A stretch of DNA of 64,000 bases from Eledone cirrhosa. Taxonomy: Eukaryota. The stretch is from the NCBI GenBank assembly GCA_964016885.1, contig OZ024761.1:1426001-1490000 (forward strand), given 5' to 3'. The number at the start of each line of letters is the position of its first letter. The first letter of the stretch is position 1. Positions 30,235-42,600 of the stretch are shown here, piece by piece. Below the pieces are notes generated by a model. The model made no database searches. It saw nothing but the letters and a program-made list of their open reading frames with translations, and was not told where the DNA came from. Position numbers and translations under genes: made by a program.

Positions 30235-30238
<4 letters not shown>
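30059..30238 (-). mobile_element. Family M element with a ~100-bp terminal hairpin
   Basis: 30140-30238 folds back on itself; minus strand reads gacgg ctattt ccgtc-GAAACGG..CCGTC, the 3' half of an HHR. Confidence 0.85.
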
Positions 30239-30319
<81 letters not shown>

Positions 30320-30320
<1 letters not shown>

Positions 30321-30841
30321 TTTATAGAAGGAGCTTCTACAGGACTAGTACTGTTTCATTCAGATGAAATCTTCAGGAAGCTGGGTGTCATATTAAGTTC
30401 TGGTATTTATACATTTAGGTAGTGGCAAGGGAGGGTGGTGGATGAGGGGGGGGGTATTTAGATACACAGGACCACTACATGGCACAGGCCGTTTTTTCTA
30501 TGGGGAGTGGTCAGTTAGCCAGAGTGCTTTTTTGAAATAAATAAATAAGTAAATAAATAAATAAATAAATGAATAAATAAATAGATAAATGAATAAATAA
30601 ATAAAATAAATAAAGAAATAAATAAAAAATAAATAAAGAAAGACCCCCCCCCACCCCCTTGCCACTACCTAAATGTATAAATACCAGAACTTAATATGAC
30701 ACCCAGCTTCCTGAAGATTTCATCTGAATGAAACAGTACTAGTCCTGTAGAAGCTCCTTCTATAAAATAAAAAAAATTTACTCTGCCATGTATTGAGTAC
30801 CTTACTTACTGTGGTTATCCCCGACTCAACCCGGGACCTAC

Positions 30842-30843
<2 letters not shown>
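30320..30843. mobile_element. Fold-back element with two identical intact HHRs (family I)
   Basis: Arms 30320-30453 and 30644-30766; agcttc-CTGAAGA-tttcatctgaat-GAAACAG tactagtc CTGTA-gaagct at 30705-30755 (+) and 30332-30382 (-). Confidence 0.9.
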
Positions 30844-30880
<37 letters not shown>

Positions 30881-31137
30881 TAAACGGAATAGAAAATGCT
30901 GACAAATTGTTCACAGTTGAAAAATGGTTTAATTAGGAATAAAAGAGTATTAGTGATTGTATGGGTTAGTATTCAGTTGTGGTTTTAAGTTTTTAAGTTT
31001 TTACCGGTTGCGCATTTCTAAATGCTTTTCAAATATATATATATATATAGTAATAATAATAAATTTGAAGACTAAAATCCAAAGAGGGCTCGATAAGGAT
31101 AAATATATATCAAATATATAATAACCGTAGATCAAAA

Positions 31138-33255
31138 ATTTATTAAAATAACAGATTAAAGTTTAAGCAAAGAATCGCTGCTTTCACCCTTAACGGGATC
31201 TTCTGAAACTAACAAAGTCAATCTGTAAACGCAGAAGTGGATATTTCAAAAAACGTTGCAACCGGAGGAAGACAGGAAGACGATACTTTGGTTCGTGGAA
31301 ACGTTCCCTGCCAAAGAACGGGAAAAAACGAATATAATACGAATATAATATGATACGCTTAATTACATAAGTAAGCATTCCAACCATCCTGCCAGCATAA
31401 CCAAGAACCTGGTAAGAAACATTTCGTTAAGGCTTTCCGTCTATCTACTAACGAGCATATTTTCAACGACCATTCTACTTATTACAATGAAGCTCTTGCT
31501 CGGAGTGGATTTGTCGATAAGGTAGCATATAGAGAGTACGAGAATAGAGCTAGAAGAAATAGTTCCCGTCGCATTATATGGTATAACCCACCATATAATA
31601 TGGGGGTGGCCACACCATTATCTAAGATCTTTCTATCCCTTATTACGAAGCATTTTCCCCCTACACATAAATATAGTAACATTTTAATAGAAATACTATT
31701 AAAATTTCTTACTCTACGACCCCTAACCTTGCACATAACATCACAGCTTCAAATTTAGCTAAACTACCTAGCCGTAGGAACACGTGAAACCCTGTAGTTA
31801 GTACTAACTGTAATTGTAGGAATCGGGTTGATTGCCCCCTATCCGGGATATGCCTCTCTAGTAACATTGTCTACAAATGTAAGGCTGAAACACCCACGTC
31901 CTGTAAGGCCTACATAGGGTTAACCGCCAATAGATTCAAGCAGCGTCTTTACATGCATACCCATTCTTTTCGTTACCCTCTAAGAAGGAATATGACGTCA
32001 CTTTCAGCTTATATCTGGAGTCTAAAAGACAACCACACCCAATATAAGTTACACTGGGAGATCCTAGCTAGGGCTAGATCGTATAACGGAAATAAAAGAC
32101 CATGTGACCTCTGCGCCGCTGAGGCCCTGGAAATACTATACGCCACAGACCACATCATAAACAAAAACTCTGAGGCAATTTCGGCTTGTAAACATAAATT
32201 GCACAAAACTTTCCTGTATTACAGCCCCACATTATACCCTAACGGATAGTACGATCTATACGTGGATATTTTACGTCTTGATGTGGTAGCTAAGTATATG
32301 TTATGTTTATACCATTACTTATTTGCACAGGTAAGTATATATTACCTGTATGTTTTGTGAAGGTACGTATACTTTCTCGTACATATATTTGATTGTATAT
32401 GTTATGGCGTATATTTTTTATATATTCTGGTACATATGCTTTTGGTTATGTGTATACGGGAGTTTTGCGTCTGTGTGAGTATGCGGGTTCGTACGTATGT
32501 TGGGTGTGTGTATATGTGTACTTCATGTTTTGGTTGACGTACGTCTCCGAACATTTGTGTATTTACATGTAGGTATTTGTGTGCGCTTGTTATATACGTA
32601 TTTATTTATTTATATACGTTTATTTAATTACTTATTTATTTGTATACACGCACACACACACATATTTATATGTGCGTGGTTTTGTATACCTATGGCGAGT
32701 GTTTTCGCGTATGCTTGTGTATGTACGTATTTGGATGCGTGTATGTATTATTTAATTTCAATTACCTCTGTATTGTATTTTATTTACTTTATTCTTAACT
32801 CTGAAGTGGAGAATCATTCGGTTTCTTAGTTAGAATTTTAGTCTACGACTTCAGCTATACCATTTACGTGGTTTTGTCTTTGCATGCAATTGTTCGCCAC
32901 GCTCCACATATGACGTATAACTCTTCGTTTTTTTTTCGTTCATTGCCAGAGAACGTCTCTATGAACCACCTAAGAGAACATTATTCTACGACTTCTTTTA
33001 TACCATAAACGTGGTTCTGCCTTTGCGTGTAATTGTTTTTCACCGCTTCTATTAATGACGTATTATATTCGTTTGTTCCCGTTATTTGGCAGGGAACGTT
33101 TCCACGAACCAAAGTATCGTCTTCCTGTCTTCCTCCGGTTGCAACGTTTTTTGAAATATCCACTTCTGCGTTCATAGATTGACTTTGTTAGTTTCAGAAG
33201 ATCCGTTAAGGGTGAAAGCAGCGATTCTTTGCTTAAACTTTAATCTGTTATTTTA

Positions 33256-33262
<7 letters not shown>
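31138..33262 (+). mobile_element. 5'-truncated Penelope-like element with inverted pLTRs
   Basis: About 31360-32249: SNHP..IIWYNPPY..KISYS..CNCR..CPL..YIGLT..FKQR..H.HSF (frameshifted). 31138-31345 is inverted at 33057-33260. Confidence 0.9.
33190..33239 (+). ncRNA. Hammerhead with U4A core (CAGAAGA), mirrored at 31160-31210 (-)
   Basis: agttt-CAGAAGA-tcc gttaa ggg t-GAAAGCAG cgattct TTGCTT-aaact. Confidence 0.65.
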
Positions 33263-33332
<70 letters not shown>

Positions 33333-33616
33333 AAAAAAATCCCTCAAAAAGGAGGTGGCGAGGGGGGGGGACACTTCCGAGGGTTACTCATCTTACTCAT
33401 TACCATTTCTAGGTATCTGTAGTTAGATAGTTTGAGGACCACTTCCTTCCTGTTTGTTGATATTATTTTGATATGAGGGAATAGTGTGGTTTTGTTCTTC
33501 TTTTATCTCCCACACTCACTGTGTTAGTTTGTCTGTCTGCCTTTCTGTCTCTCTGCCTATTTGTCTATCTGTCTCTGTTTTTCTCTCCTTCTCTTTCTCC
33601 CTCCTTCATATCTACT

Positions 33617-33652
<36 letters not shown>

Positions 33653-33767
33653 TAAATGTCTCTCCCTTCCCTTGTCAGTCTAGACATATATATATATATA
33701 CACACAAATGTGAGGAATCAAAACACACACACACACACACGCACACACACACACGCACACACACACA

Positions 33768-33801
<34 letters not shown>

Positions 33802-33809
33802 ACACACAT

Positions 33810-33843
<34 letters not shown>

Positions 33844-34056
33844 ACATATATATATATACATATATACATACATATATATATATACATAAATATATATAAA
33901 CATATATATACATATACAAACACGCACACATGTATGTGTGTGTTTGTGTCATGTAACCATGTCAACCATCGTCACAGAGTTCATTCAGTGCTGTACTTAT
34001 TGCCATTTACTTAGTTCCAGTTTCTATGGGAACATATTTACCTATTTCCTGTAGTG

Positions 34057-34195
34057 GAAGCAACACGGCTGAATGGTTAAGGAGTTCGATTCACAACCAT
34101 TAGGTCTCGGGTTCGATACTACTGTCTGGGGTCTTTGGGTCGATATAAATAAGTACCAGTCCTGTACTGGAGTCGATATAATTGACCTCTCCCTG
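34057..34195 (+). mobile_element. tRNA-derived SINE fragment
   Basis: A box ggctgaatgg, B box ggttcgatac, and a gggtcgata..aagtaccagt core shared with 51887. Confidence 0.75.
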
Positions 34196-34393
34196 TTGCC
34201 TATCATGAACACCACAGAAATATGTATAACGGCTGATAATGAGCAAAAGAATTTTGACTATTACCTGTTCAGGCAATATTTATTAAGAAAATATATTTTT
34301 TGTTACATCACCAGTCTGACGAGCAGATCGATACTGGAGATGGGTCCATAACTCCTATGGGTTTCCTGAGCCAATCTTCTGTGAAACGCACGT

Positions 34394-35200
34394 AACACCA
34401 ATATTTCAAGTATATACATTTAAATATAAACCATAATATAAACCCCGACCAATATGTATATAGAGACAAATAAAATAAAAAGAAGCTCCATTAGCATGAA
34501 TATAACGTAAAACTCAACCATAATTAACATCCCGTATAATATGAATAACCGAATCAAATGAATATTCAACACATGACGTATAATGTATAGCCAAAAATAA
34601 TCCCCTTAAAACATGAATAATTATACATAATCCTAATAAAGATCCAAAATTCCATCAAACAAACAAATTTACAGAAGGTAAATCAACCATTAACAATTTT
34701 TAAAACAGGATGTGTTTTTCGTAACGAACTTAGCATATTTATATTTAAAAACTCGTAAAGCCCCCTCACAATAATAACAAATCTTAACAACACTAATCAA
34801 AACTAATAACAAAAGAATCCCTAAAAAAATATATCCTAAAAAATTATATTTCCTCATTAATAAAGTTGAAGAAAATATACTTAAATTATTAAACTCTAAA
34901 TATTCAAATTTTATAACTATTAAATCTACTAATCTTTCCATAACATAATAATTTATTTAAAAAAAAACAATTATTAACATAAAAAAATAGATCATTATAC
35001 CTTTAGATAAAAAAATTAAATTAGGAATTAATCTAATAATATATATAAATATAACTAATAAACCCCCAATATAAACCAAAAATAATATAAATCCATATCA
35101 AGAATAAATAAAAAAAGAAACCAAAACTCTTATATAAATACTAATTATTATAATTATAAACCCTAACCTCAATGGTTGAATTAAAATTATCGATACACAA
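34394..35200 (-). pseudogene. NUMT: most of nad6 plus the 5' part of cob
   Basis: In invertebrate mitochondrial code: QPLSLG..SWYGFMLFLVYIGGLLVMF..LIPN..EGALRVF (ND6), then ATG at 34736 [50 protein letters not shown] (cytochrome b); indels present. Confidence 0.93.
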
Positions 35201-35245
35201 TAAATATTTTTAGATGTAAACGAAACTTCCTTTTTTTTCTACTAT

Positions 35246-35590
35246 ATATCATCATCATCATTTCATTTTACGTCCGTTTTTCCCTGCTTGCAAGGGTGGG
35301 ACAGGAACTGATTCTGGCTTGATTTCTACAGCTGGATGCCCTTCCTAACACCAACCTTATTTACAGTGAGTGTTGGGTACTTTTTTGCCGTGGCACCTCC
35401 ACGACCACTTTGCAGTGGAATGATATGGACCCCAGTCCCTATCATCTCATTTCTACAGCTGAGTAAACTGGAGCAATGTGAAATAAAGTGTCTTGCTCAA
35501 GGAAACAACACATCACCCGGTCTGAGAATTGAACTCATAACCTTTCGATTGCAAGGCCAATGCCTAACCACTAACCCATGTGCCTCCATA
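35246..35590 (-). mobile_element. tRNA-headed SINE with (GAT)n tail
   Basis: Minus strand: gggttagtggttag (A box), gagttcaattc (B box), ccttgagcaagacactt core; tail seen as catcatcatc on +. Confidence 0.75.
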
Positions 35591-35650
35591 TATAAATATA
35601 TATGTATATATATATATATATATGTATGTATATATGTATATATATTTATA

Positions 35651-36036
35651 TGTCAAGGCAGAATTCTAGGAGAAGGAAAACTCTGATATAACACCTGCAA
35701 CCCTGATGGTATCCAATGATGTTGACTTGCTCTTCTTTTTGGTAAATATCATCTTGGTTAAGAGAGTGGGACTGGCTTTGTGCAGTGCCTTTGCTCACTA
35801 TAAAAGCTTCACGGCACAGGCATTGCTTTATATCTGGAGATCTCTCTGCACTTGTCGTCACATGGTACCATGGGCCCAGCACTATGTGTCAATAATTGTC
35901 ACAGGTGTAGTGTTTGTACCAGAGTTTTCAAGTCGCTGGCTGGACTAAAAAGTCACTCGTTCAGCGCAACGGTAGGAGTTCTCCTACATGGATATAAAGT
36001 AGTGGCCGTACTCGAAAACGAGTTGGCAGCCACCAT
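35651..36036 (+). mobile_element. 5'-truncated copy of the bipartite RTE derivative
   Basis: Matches 17274-17660. Confidence 0.9.
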
Positions 36037-36135
36037 ATTTATATGTATATATATGTGTGTATATATATATATGTATATATATATGTATATATATATGTAT
36101 ATATGTATATATATATATATATATGTGTGTATATA

Positions 36136-36207
<72 letters not shown>

Positions 36208-36544
36208 GATTATAGATTACACAATAATCAAAGCTATGTTCAAATCATTTTATTGCTGACAATCGTTTCTTCCAAACTATCGTTTGGATTCAATGGAGCA
36301 GTAGCAATGTTTGTACATATAATTAACCTCCTATTTAAATGAACAATAAGGTAGTAATAAATTACTGACCTTTCCTGTTTATAGTTGCATATAGTGTATA
36401 CATAACTATAAATAATATTATTATATGTATATATATGTATATATATGTGTGTATAGATATATGTATATATATATATATATAAATATATATATATATAGGA
36501 AAAGTTCAAGGGGGTCTTGAACTTTTTCCTATTACCCACTCTAC

Positions 36545-36672
36545 TATAAAACTGTTTATATTGTATTTTGTCTGAGGAAGGCATAGCATATTGTTAATAT
36601 GATATCCCCGAAATATATATAATGAAATAAATATGGTTTTATAAATATAGTTTCCATTTATTTAATATTGTA
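36545..36672 (+). ncRNA. Family H fragment with HHR at 36564-36629
   Basis: tattttgt-CTGAGGA-..-GAAA TATATA TA-atgaaata; joined directly to a collapsed family M hairpin. Confidence 0.75.
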
Positions 36673-36685
36673 TATATATATATAT

Positions 36686-37354
<669 letters not shown>

Positions 37355-37470
37355 AAATGAGGTTTTTTACAAAATGAAAAAAAAACGAGATGTCCTACAC
37401 AAGTGAAAGTATAAGGAAAAAAGATGAAATCGAAAATGCAACTGGAGTCTTTTTTAAAATATTTATTTGG

Positions 37471-37512
37471 TTCCTTTACCGGTTTCGCAGTTCTTGTGCT
37501 TTTCAAAAGAAG
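37471..37512 (-). ncRNA. Minimal hammerhead with U3-A8 core (family G)
   Basis: ttctt-TTGAAAA-gca caagaac tgc-GAAA CCGG TA-aagga. Confidence 0.72.
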
Positions 37513-38387
37513 AATTGAGATGGAGGGTTTGTGGTTTTTCTGGCATCTGGTTGGTGTTCGAATGTTTTTTTCCAAAATAAAAACCAGAGCTAAATAAACC
37601 TTAACATACGTTAATACTCTAACACCTTAACATGCTAACAATACCCCCCCCCCCCCCGCGCCACACACACACATAACTCCCTCCCCCATTTCTACTAACG
37701 GAATCATTTTCCTACACACACACACAAAAATATATATTCTCTCCATCTTAACATGTTAACCATACTCCCACACACACATACACACACACACACATATAAC
37801 ACCCATACGCACACACACACAAAACTCCCTCCCCCATTTCTACTAATAGAATCATCTTCCTACACACACACACACTCACTCACACTATATATTTGAAACT
37901 ATATATTTGATATATATTTACTCTTATCGAGCCCTCTTTTCACATTTATTATTATTACTATAAAAATATATATATTTCGTCTCTGAATGTATTTTAAATT
38001 GACTAGCACTGCTTCCAGTGTTTAGCAATTTTTAGATAACTCTATCATTGAAACAATTGTTAGACTGTAAATAAATGTCCTTGTTTGTACTGTTGACCAT
38101 GTTATTCTTCACTTTTTCAATTTAATTACTCCAAGATAGAAATACAAGAGAAGTCATAAACTCGTCATCTACATAAACCTCTTGTTGAGTCAAACAACGC
38201 CGTACGCTAAAACTATCCATGATAAGAAGTATCCACAACCTCTAATAGGATTACCTATAACGATATCTTGTTATCCTCTATATATATATGTATATATATA
38301 TATGTATATAAATATATATGTGTATGTGTGTGTGTCTGTATGTGTGTTTATGTATATACTCAATGTTCTCTGTTTTTTTTTTTGCAG

Positions 38388-38782
38388 ACTGTGACGATAT
38401 TTTCTTGAACGGAGGAGATAAAGACGGGATTTACTCCATAAAACCAAACTTTGCTGCTGAACCATTCCCGGTGGAATGTGAATTCAAAGATGGCAAAGCT
38501 TGGACTTTGATACAAAAACGAACCAATGGTGCTGTGAACTTCTACAGGAATTGGGATGACTACAAGGAAGGTTTCGGCAGTATCGGTTCCGAGTATTGGC
38601 TAGGGAATGAAAAGATTTACTATTTAAGTGTTCAAGCCACCTATGAACTCAAAGTCAACATGTGGGACTGGAGTGGGATCACACACGGCCCTTCACAACA
38701 GACCGGTAATTACTTCGAAGGGGGTAGTTCCTTCTTCTATATAGAAGATGAAAAGAATTTCTACAAACTCCAAGTACCAGAG
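38388..38782 (+). CDS. FReD (fibrinogen C-terminal domain; ficolin/angiopoietin-like) gene, penultimate exon
   Basis: Acceptor t(11)gcag, donor GAG|gtgagt; DC..DGIYSIKP..VEC..WTLIQKR.NG.VNFYRNW.DYKEGFG...EYWLGNEKI. Confidence 0.93.
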
Positions 38783-39206
38783 GTGAGTAAATCACTTTCC
38801 TTTCTATGAACTCTCCCATCGAGAACCATGTATGAACAAATGCTATCGTAACTCATGGCCACTCTAGGGATTGTCCCCAGGGTGGAGTGCCAGCCTCACA
38901 TAGTCTAGGGGTCCAATGTTAATCTATCCATACTGTGGTTGTGTAGGTACAAGCGCCAGTGCATTGTTTTTACCAGGGGCCAACTGAATCTAGGAGTCCA
39001 ACGTGTATGTATATAAATAATACATATAGGCATATATATATATATAGACTGAGTGCTCTACTACTACGGATATAACCTTCCAGTGTTCTACTATATATAT
39101 ATATATATATATATTAGTGTCCGAAATGTTAAGACTCTCTTCCTGCTATTTCAAGCATTAAACTAATATATTTCTTCCATGTACTGTGTTTTGTTACTTT
39201 TGTTTT

Positions 39207-39452
39207 GTTAGCACAGAGAAGACTGAGGTTAGCTGGACATGCTCACCGACATCCAGAGTTGACACTGCACTCAGTACTCCTGTGGGAGCCCCTGCATAGA
39301 GACACTGGAAGAGGAAGACTGAGGTTAACATATGTTGATGCCCTAAGGACAGACACTGGTCTCTCGGAGACGCAGATCATGGCAGCGACAATGAGGGACA
39401 GAAACCGCTGGAGAGAACTCGTCCATGGATCTCGGGAATTTTACCCACCCTA
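39207..39452 (+). mobile_element. RTE 3' fragment
   Basis: Same family as 22846-23076. Confidence 0.85.
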
Positions 39453-39679
39453 GACATATGTATATATAACATATATGTATATATAATTGATAATAAGTAG
39501 GAGCGAGGTGTCAGAGTGATCATGTTTATGAACCAACAGTAACATAAGGTTACAATAGGTTTCATATTAAGGTCTTTATTGATTATACACAAGACCTTAA
39601 TATGAAACCTCACTTTGATTTTAATATATTCACTCTGTCAAAGCATGGAGTTCTGATTTTGGTACCTTTTCCTCAGTTT

Positions 39680-42600
39680 CAGTAAACCACGAATCTACTG
39701 AACCACCCGAAGCAGAAAGTACGCCACAGTAGACGTACTTTTCGCCACCCCCCAAGAAGCGAAGTGTTTAACCAAATTGTAGATAAAAACACCCTCCTCC
39801 TCGTGAGAGGGGTCTTTCTGCCCGTTATTTGGCCCTTCGGGGTTAAATAACCGCTTATTGGGGTTTTGTGCCCAATATTCATTTTAAACCCCAAAAAAAC
39901 ATGGCTACAAAAAAGAATTTTCACAAGTCACTCCCACTCATTCCGTCTTCTTCTTCCTCAATCGTCACTACATCAGAGAGAAGATTGTCTCTCTCCCTCC
40001 CTTCTCTAAATGTGTCTCTCTCCCTCCCATCCCTTTCGCAAGCGACGCCAGTAAAGAAAAAGAAAAATATAGTTTCTGATAGTTTCCTCGAGCACGTGCA
40101 AACCGAAGAACATTTCTCCACGACGACGACAACGACGAAAGATGTGTGCGGTAAATACGGAAACCCATTTCATTCGTCTGACGTCATGAATAATAGCAGT
40201 AGCAGCCGTAATAACAGCAGCAGCAGCAACAGTGACAAGGAAAACAATAGCAGCAGCCGCGACAGCATCAGCAGCAGCATAAACAACACCAGCAGCAGCA
40301 GCAGCAACAACAGCAGCAGCAGCAACAACAACAACCACAGCAACAGCGGTGGCGGCAGTCTTAGTACCAGCAGCAACAACAAAAGTAACAGCAGCTCTGA
40401 CGACAACAACAACAACAACAACAAGAAAGAAAAACCAATCTCGTTTGGAGGTATCGCAAAGAACCTGGAAACCATCCGTATAACAAATGAGGAATTACAG
40501 GAAGCAAAGAAGATGGTGACGAAAATCGGACACCGAGCAATCTGCAAGGCAGCCGAAACATTTTTCGAAACCCAACAGCACAAAATCCCGTAGGGTTGAA
40601 AGAGCCACAGAGGCTCAAATACAAAAAGCCTTAGGGTCTGTGTGGCAGCGGAAAACGCATATCATCCGAGGCAAGAAATATGCCACCGTAGACGTCCTTC
40701 TTGCCACACCCCAGGAGGCAAAGGCTCAATCCTTAGTGACTCTAAGGAGCGCGGAAATGGTGTTGGTGCCCTCCTACTGCGGGCAAAAAATTGTGAGGGT
40801 CAAACTGACACACGTCCCCCCCCCCCCCCCCGCGGGATGGCCCCTTCTTGGCTGGGCGCGTCTGTCCTCGTCGGAATCGAAGACAAAACATCTGTACTGC
40901 AAGTACAGAAAAAAGTAAGAGAAGATTGGGTCGGCACCTCCATTGAGATGTTAATCCAAACCAACCAGGAGTGCATCGAAGCTATCCCGGATGTGATAGA
41001 CTTCGATAACGGCACTCAACTGCCCATAAGTGTTGAGGGCAAACGCCCGAAATGCTTTCGCTGTGGATCGAAGACTCACCTCAGGGCCTTCTGCAATGAG
41101 AAGACCCTGAGAAAGGAGAAAACCCCCCTCCTTCCGAAACCGGCTCCACTGCTACCAGCAATAGGACAAGCGGCAACCAGGAACGATAGGTCCGTGGCAC
41201 CCATACCCACGCCACGGAAATCAAGAACAGCAGCAGCAGTGGAAGTATTAACAACAACAACAGTATTACCAACTGCAGCTGCAACAGAGACTCCACTGCA
41301 AACATCACCAACAACAACAAGTGAAAGAGTGGAGCTGGTACCCGTCCCCGACCTCACAGAATCAGACATGGAGTGTCAGGTGGGAGAGGGATGGCAAAAT
41401 GTCGCTCGAAGGCACAAACGCCGAAGCAGCGCATCGTCGCCTTCGAAAAGGGAGGAAAAAAATGAAAAAAGGGTAAAGGCTACTGCAGAGAGACTCACAG
41501 CAGCAACACCACCAACCCCATCACCACCCACACTAGCACCACCATCACCACCGGCGACAACCCCACCGCCAACAACAACAATACCTTCAACACCACTTTC
41601 ACAAGCACCAACATCGCAAACACAACAACAAAACACACACACCCAGCAACAACGACAAGAAAATAGCAGAACCACACCTCACCCCCAGAAAAACAAATGC
41701 ACGACAATAAATACACACAACAAGAAACTAATGACTTACATAATTGAACACACAGACATTTCACAGCACGACTACATAATACCAGCACCAATCAAAATAC
41801 CAACGAACATAAGACTGGTAAGAATAGCACAGAAACAATACACAAACATTAAAACGAAATTCCCCAACGCAGTTGCTGATTTCAGAGACCTAGGAGGGAC
41901 TCTCAACCGGAGAGTATATTCGGACATACTCATAGAAGAGCCGACGACCAGCCGAAGGGACGATTCAACGGTCCCTTCACCAGACGATCAAGTGAAAAGG
42001 AATGTAGAAACCATCCTTCCTCTACGAAAAGTAAGGTAAGTGGTCTTTCCCATCTTTTCCACTCCAATTCAACATGACCTCACTCAGAATAGGCAGCATA
42101 CATGCGCGTGGCTTGGGGTCGTCATGGAAGCAGGGTCACCTGCTCAACGACCTCAGGTCACTAAACATAGATGTAGTTGCCATCAGCGAGACTAGAATCT
42201 CCGAAGCACGGGCCTTCGCACCGATCTTCGGCGGATACGATGTGTACGCATCTCCCAGTCGTCCTGGATCGGGGGGAGGAGTTGCTGTGCTTTTTCGGAG
42301 AGGTTTGGATCTCGCCATACGGGCCATCTTCCTGGACCCAGAAGGTAAGTTGGTGGTGCTGGACGTGACCAGCAGAGACGGGCAAGCTTTCAGGCTAGTG
42401 GCCGTCTATGCCCCGACAGGAGCAGGGCGGCCTGATTTCTTCCGGCGTCTGGAGATCTTTCTTGGAACGTCCCGCTCTTTAGTGTTAGTGGGCGACTGGA
42501 ACGGGATCTTAGATGCACGCTGGGACTGTGTGGGATTAGCGGATAGGGGAGGAGGGTGCAAGAGCCTCACCAACCTGCTCAGGCGTTTTGAACTGTCTGA

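Noticed and set aside
31273-31312. HHR-like cagg-AAGACGA..GAAACGTTC-cctg
   Set aside because: Two non-compensatory core changes, and it lies antisense to the better HHR of the same pLTR.
34690-34941. Functional nad6 or cob genes
   Set aside because: Truncated, contain indels and are embedded in nuclear repeats.
37640-37885. ~145-bp tandem duplication rich in (CA)n
   Set aside because: Ordinary local duplication inside a repeat UTR.
39868-40593. S/N-rich host protein
   Set aside because: It is the frameshifted N-terminus of Tx1 ORF1, contiguous with the zinc-knuckle region.
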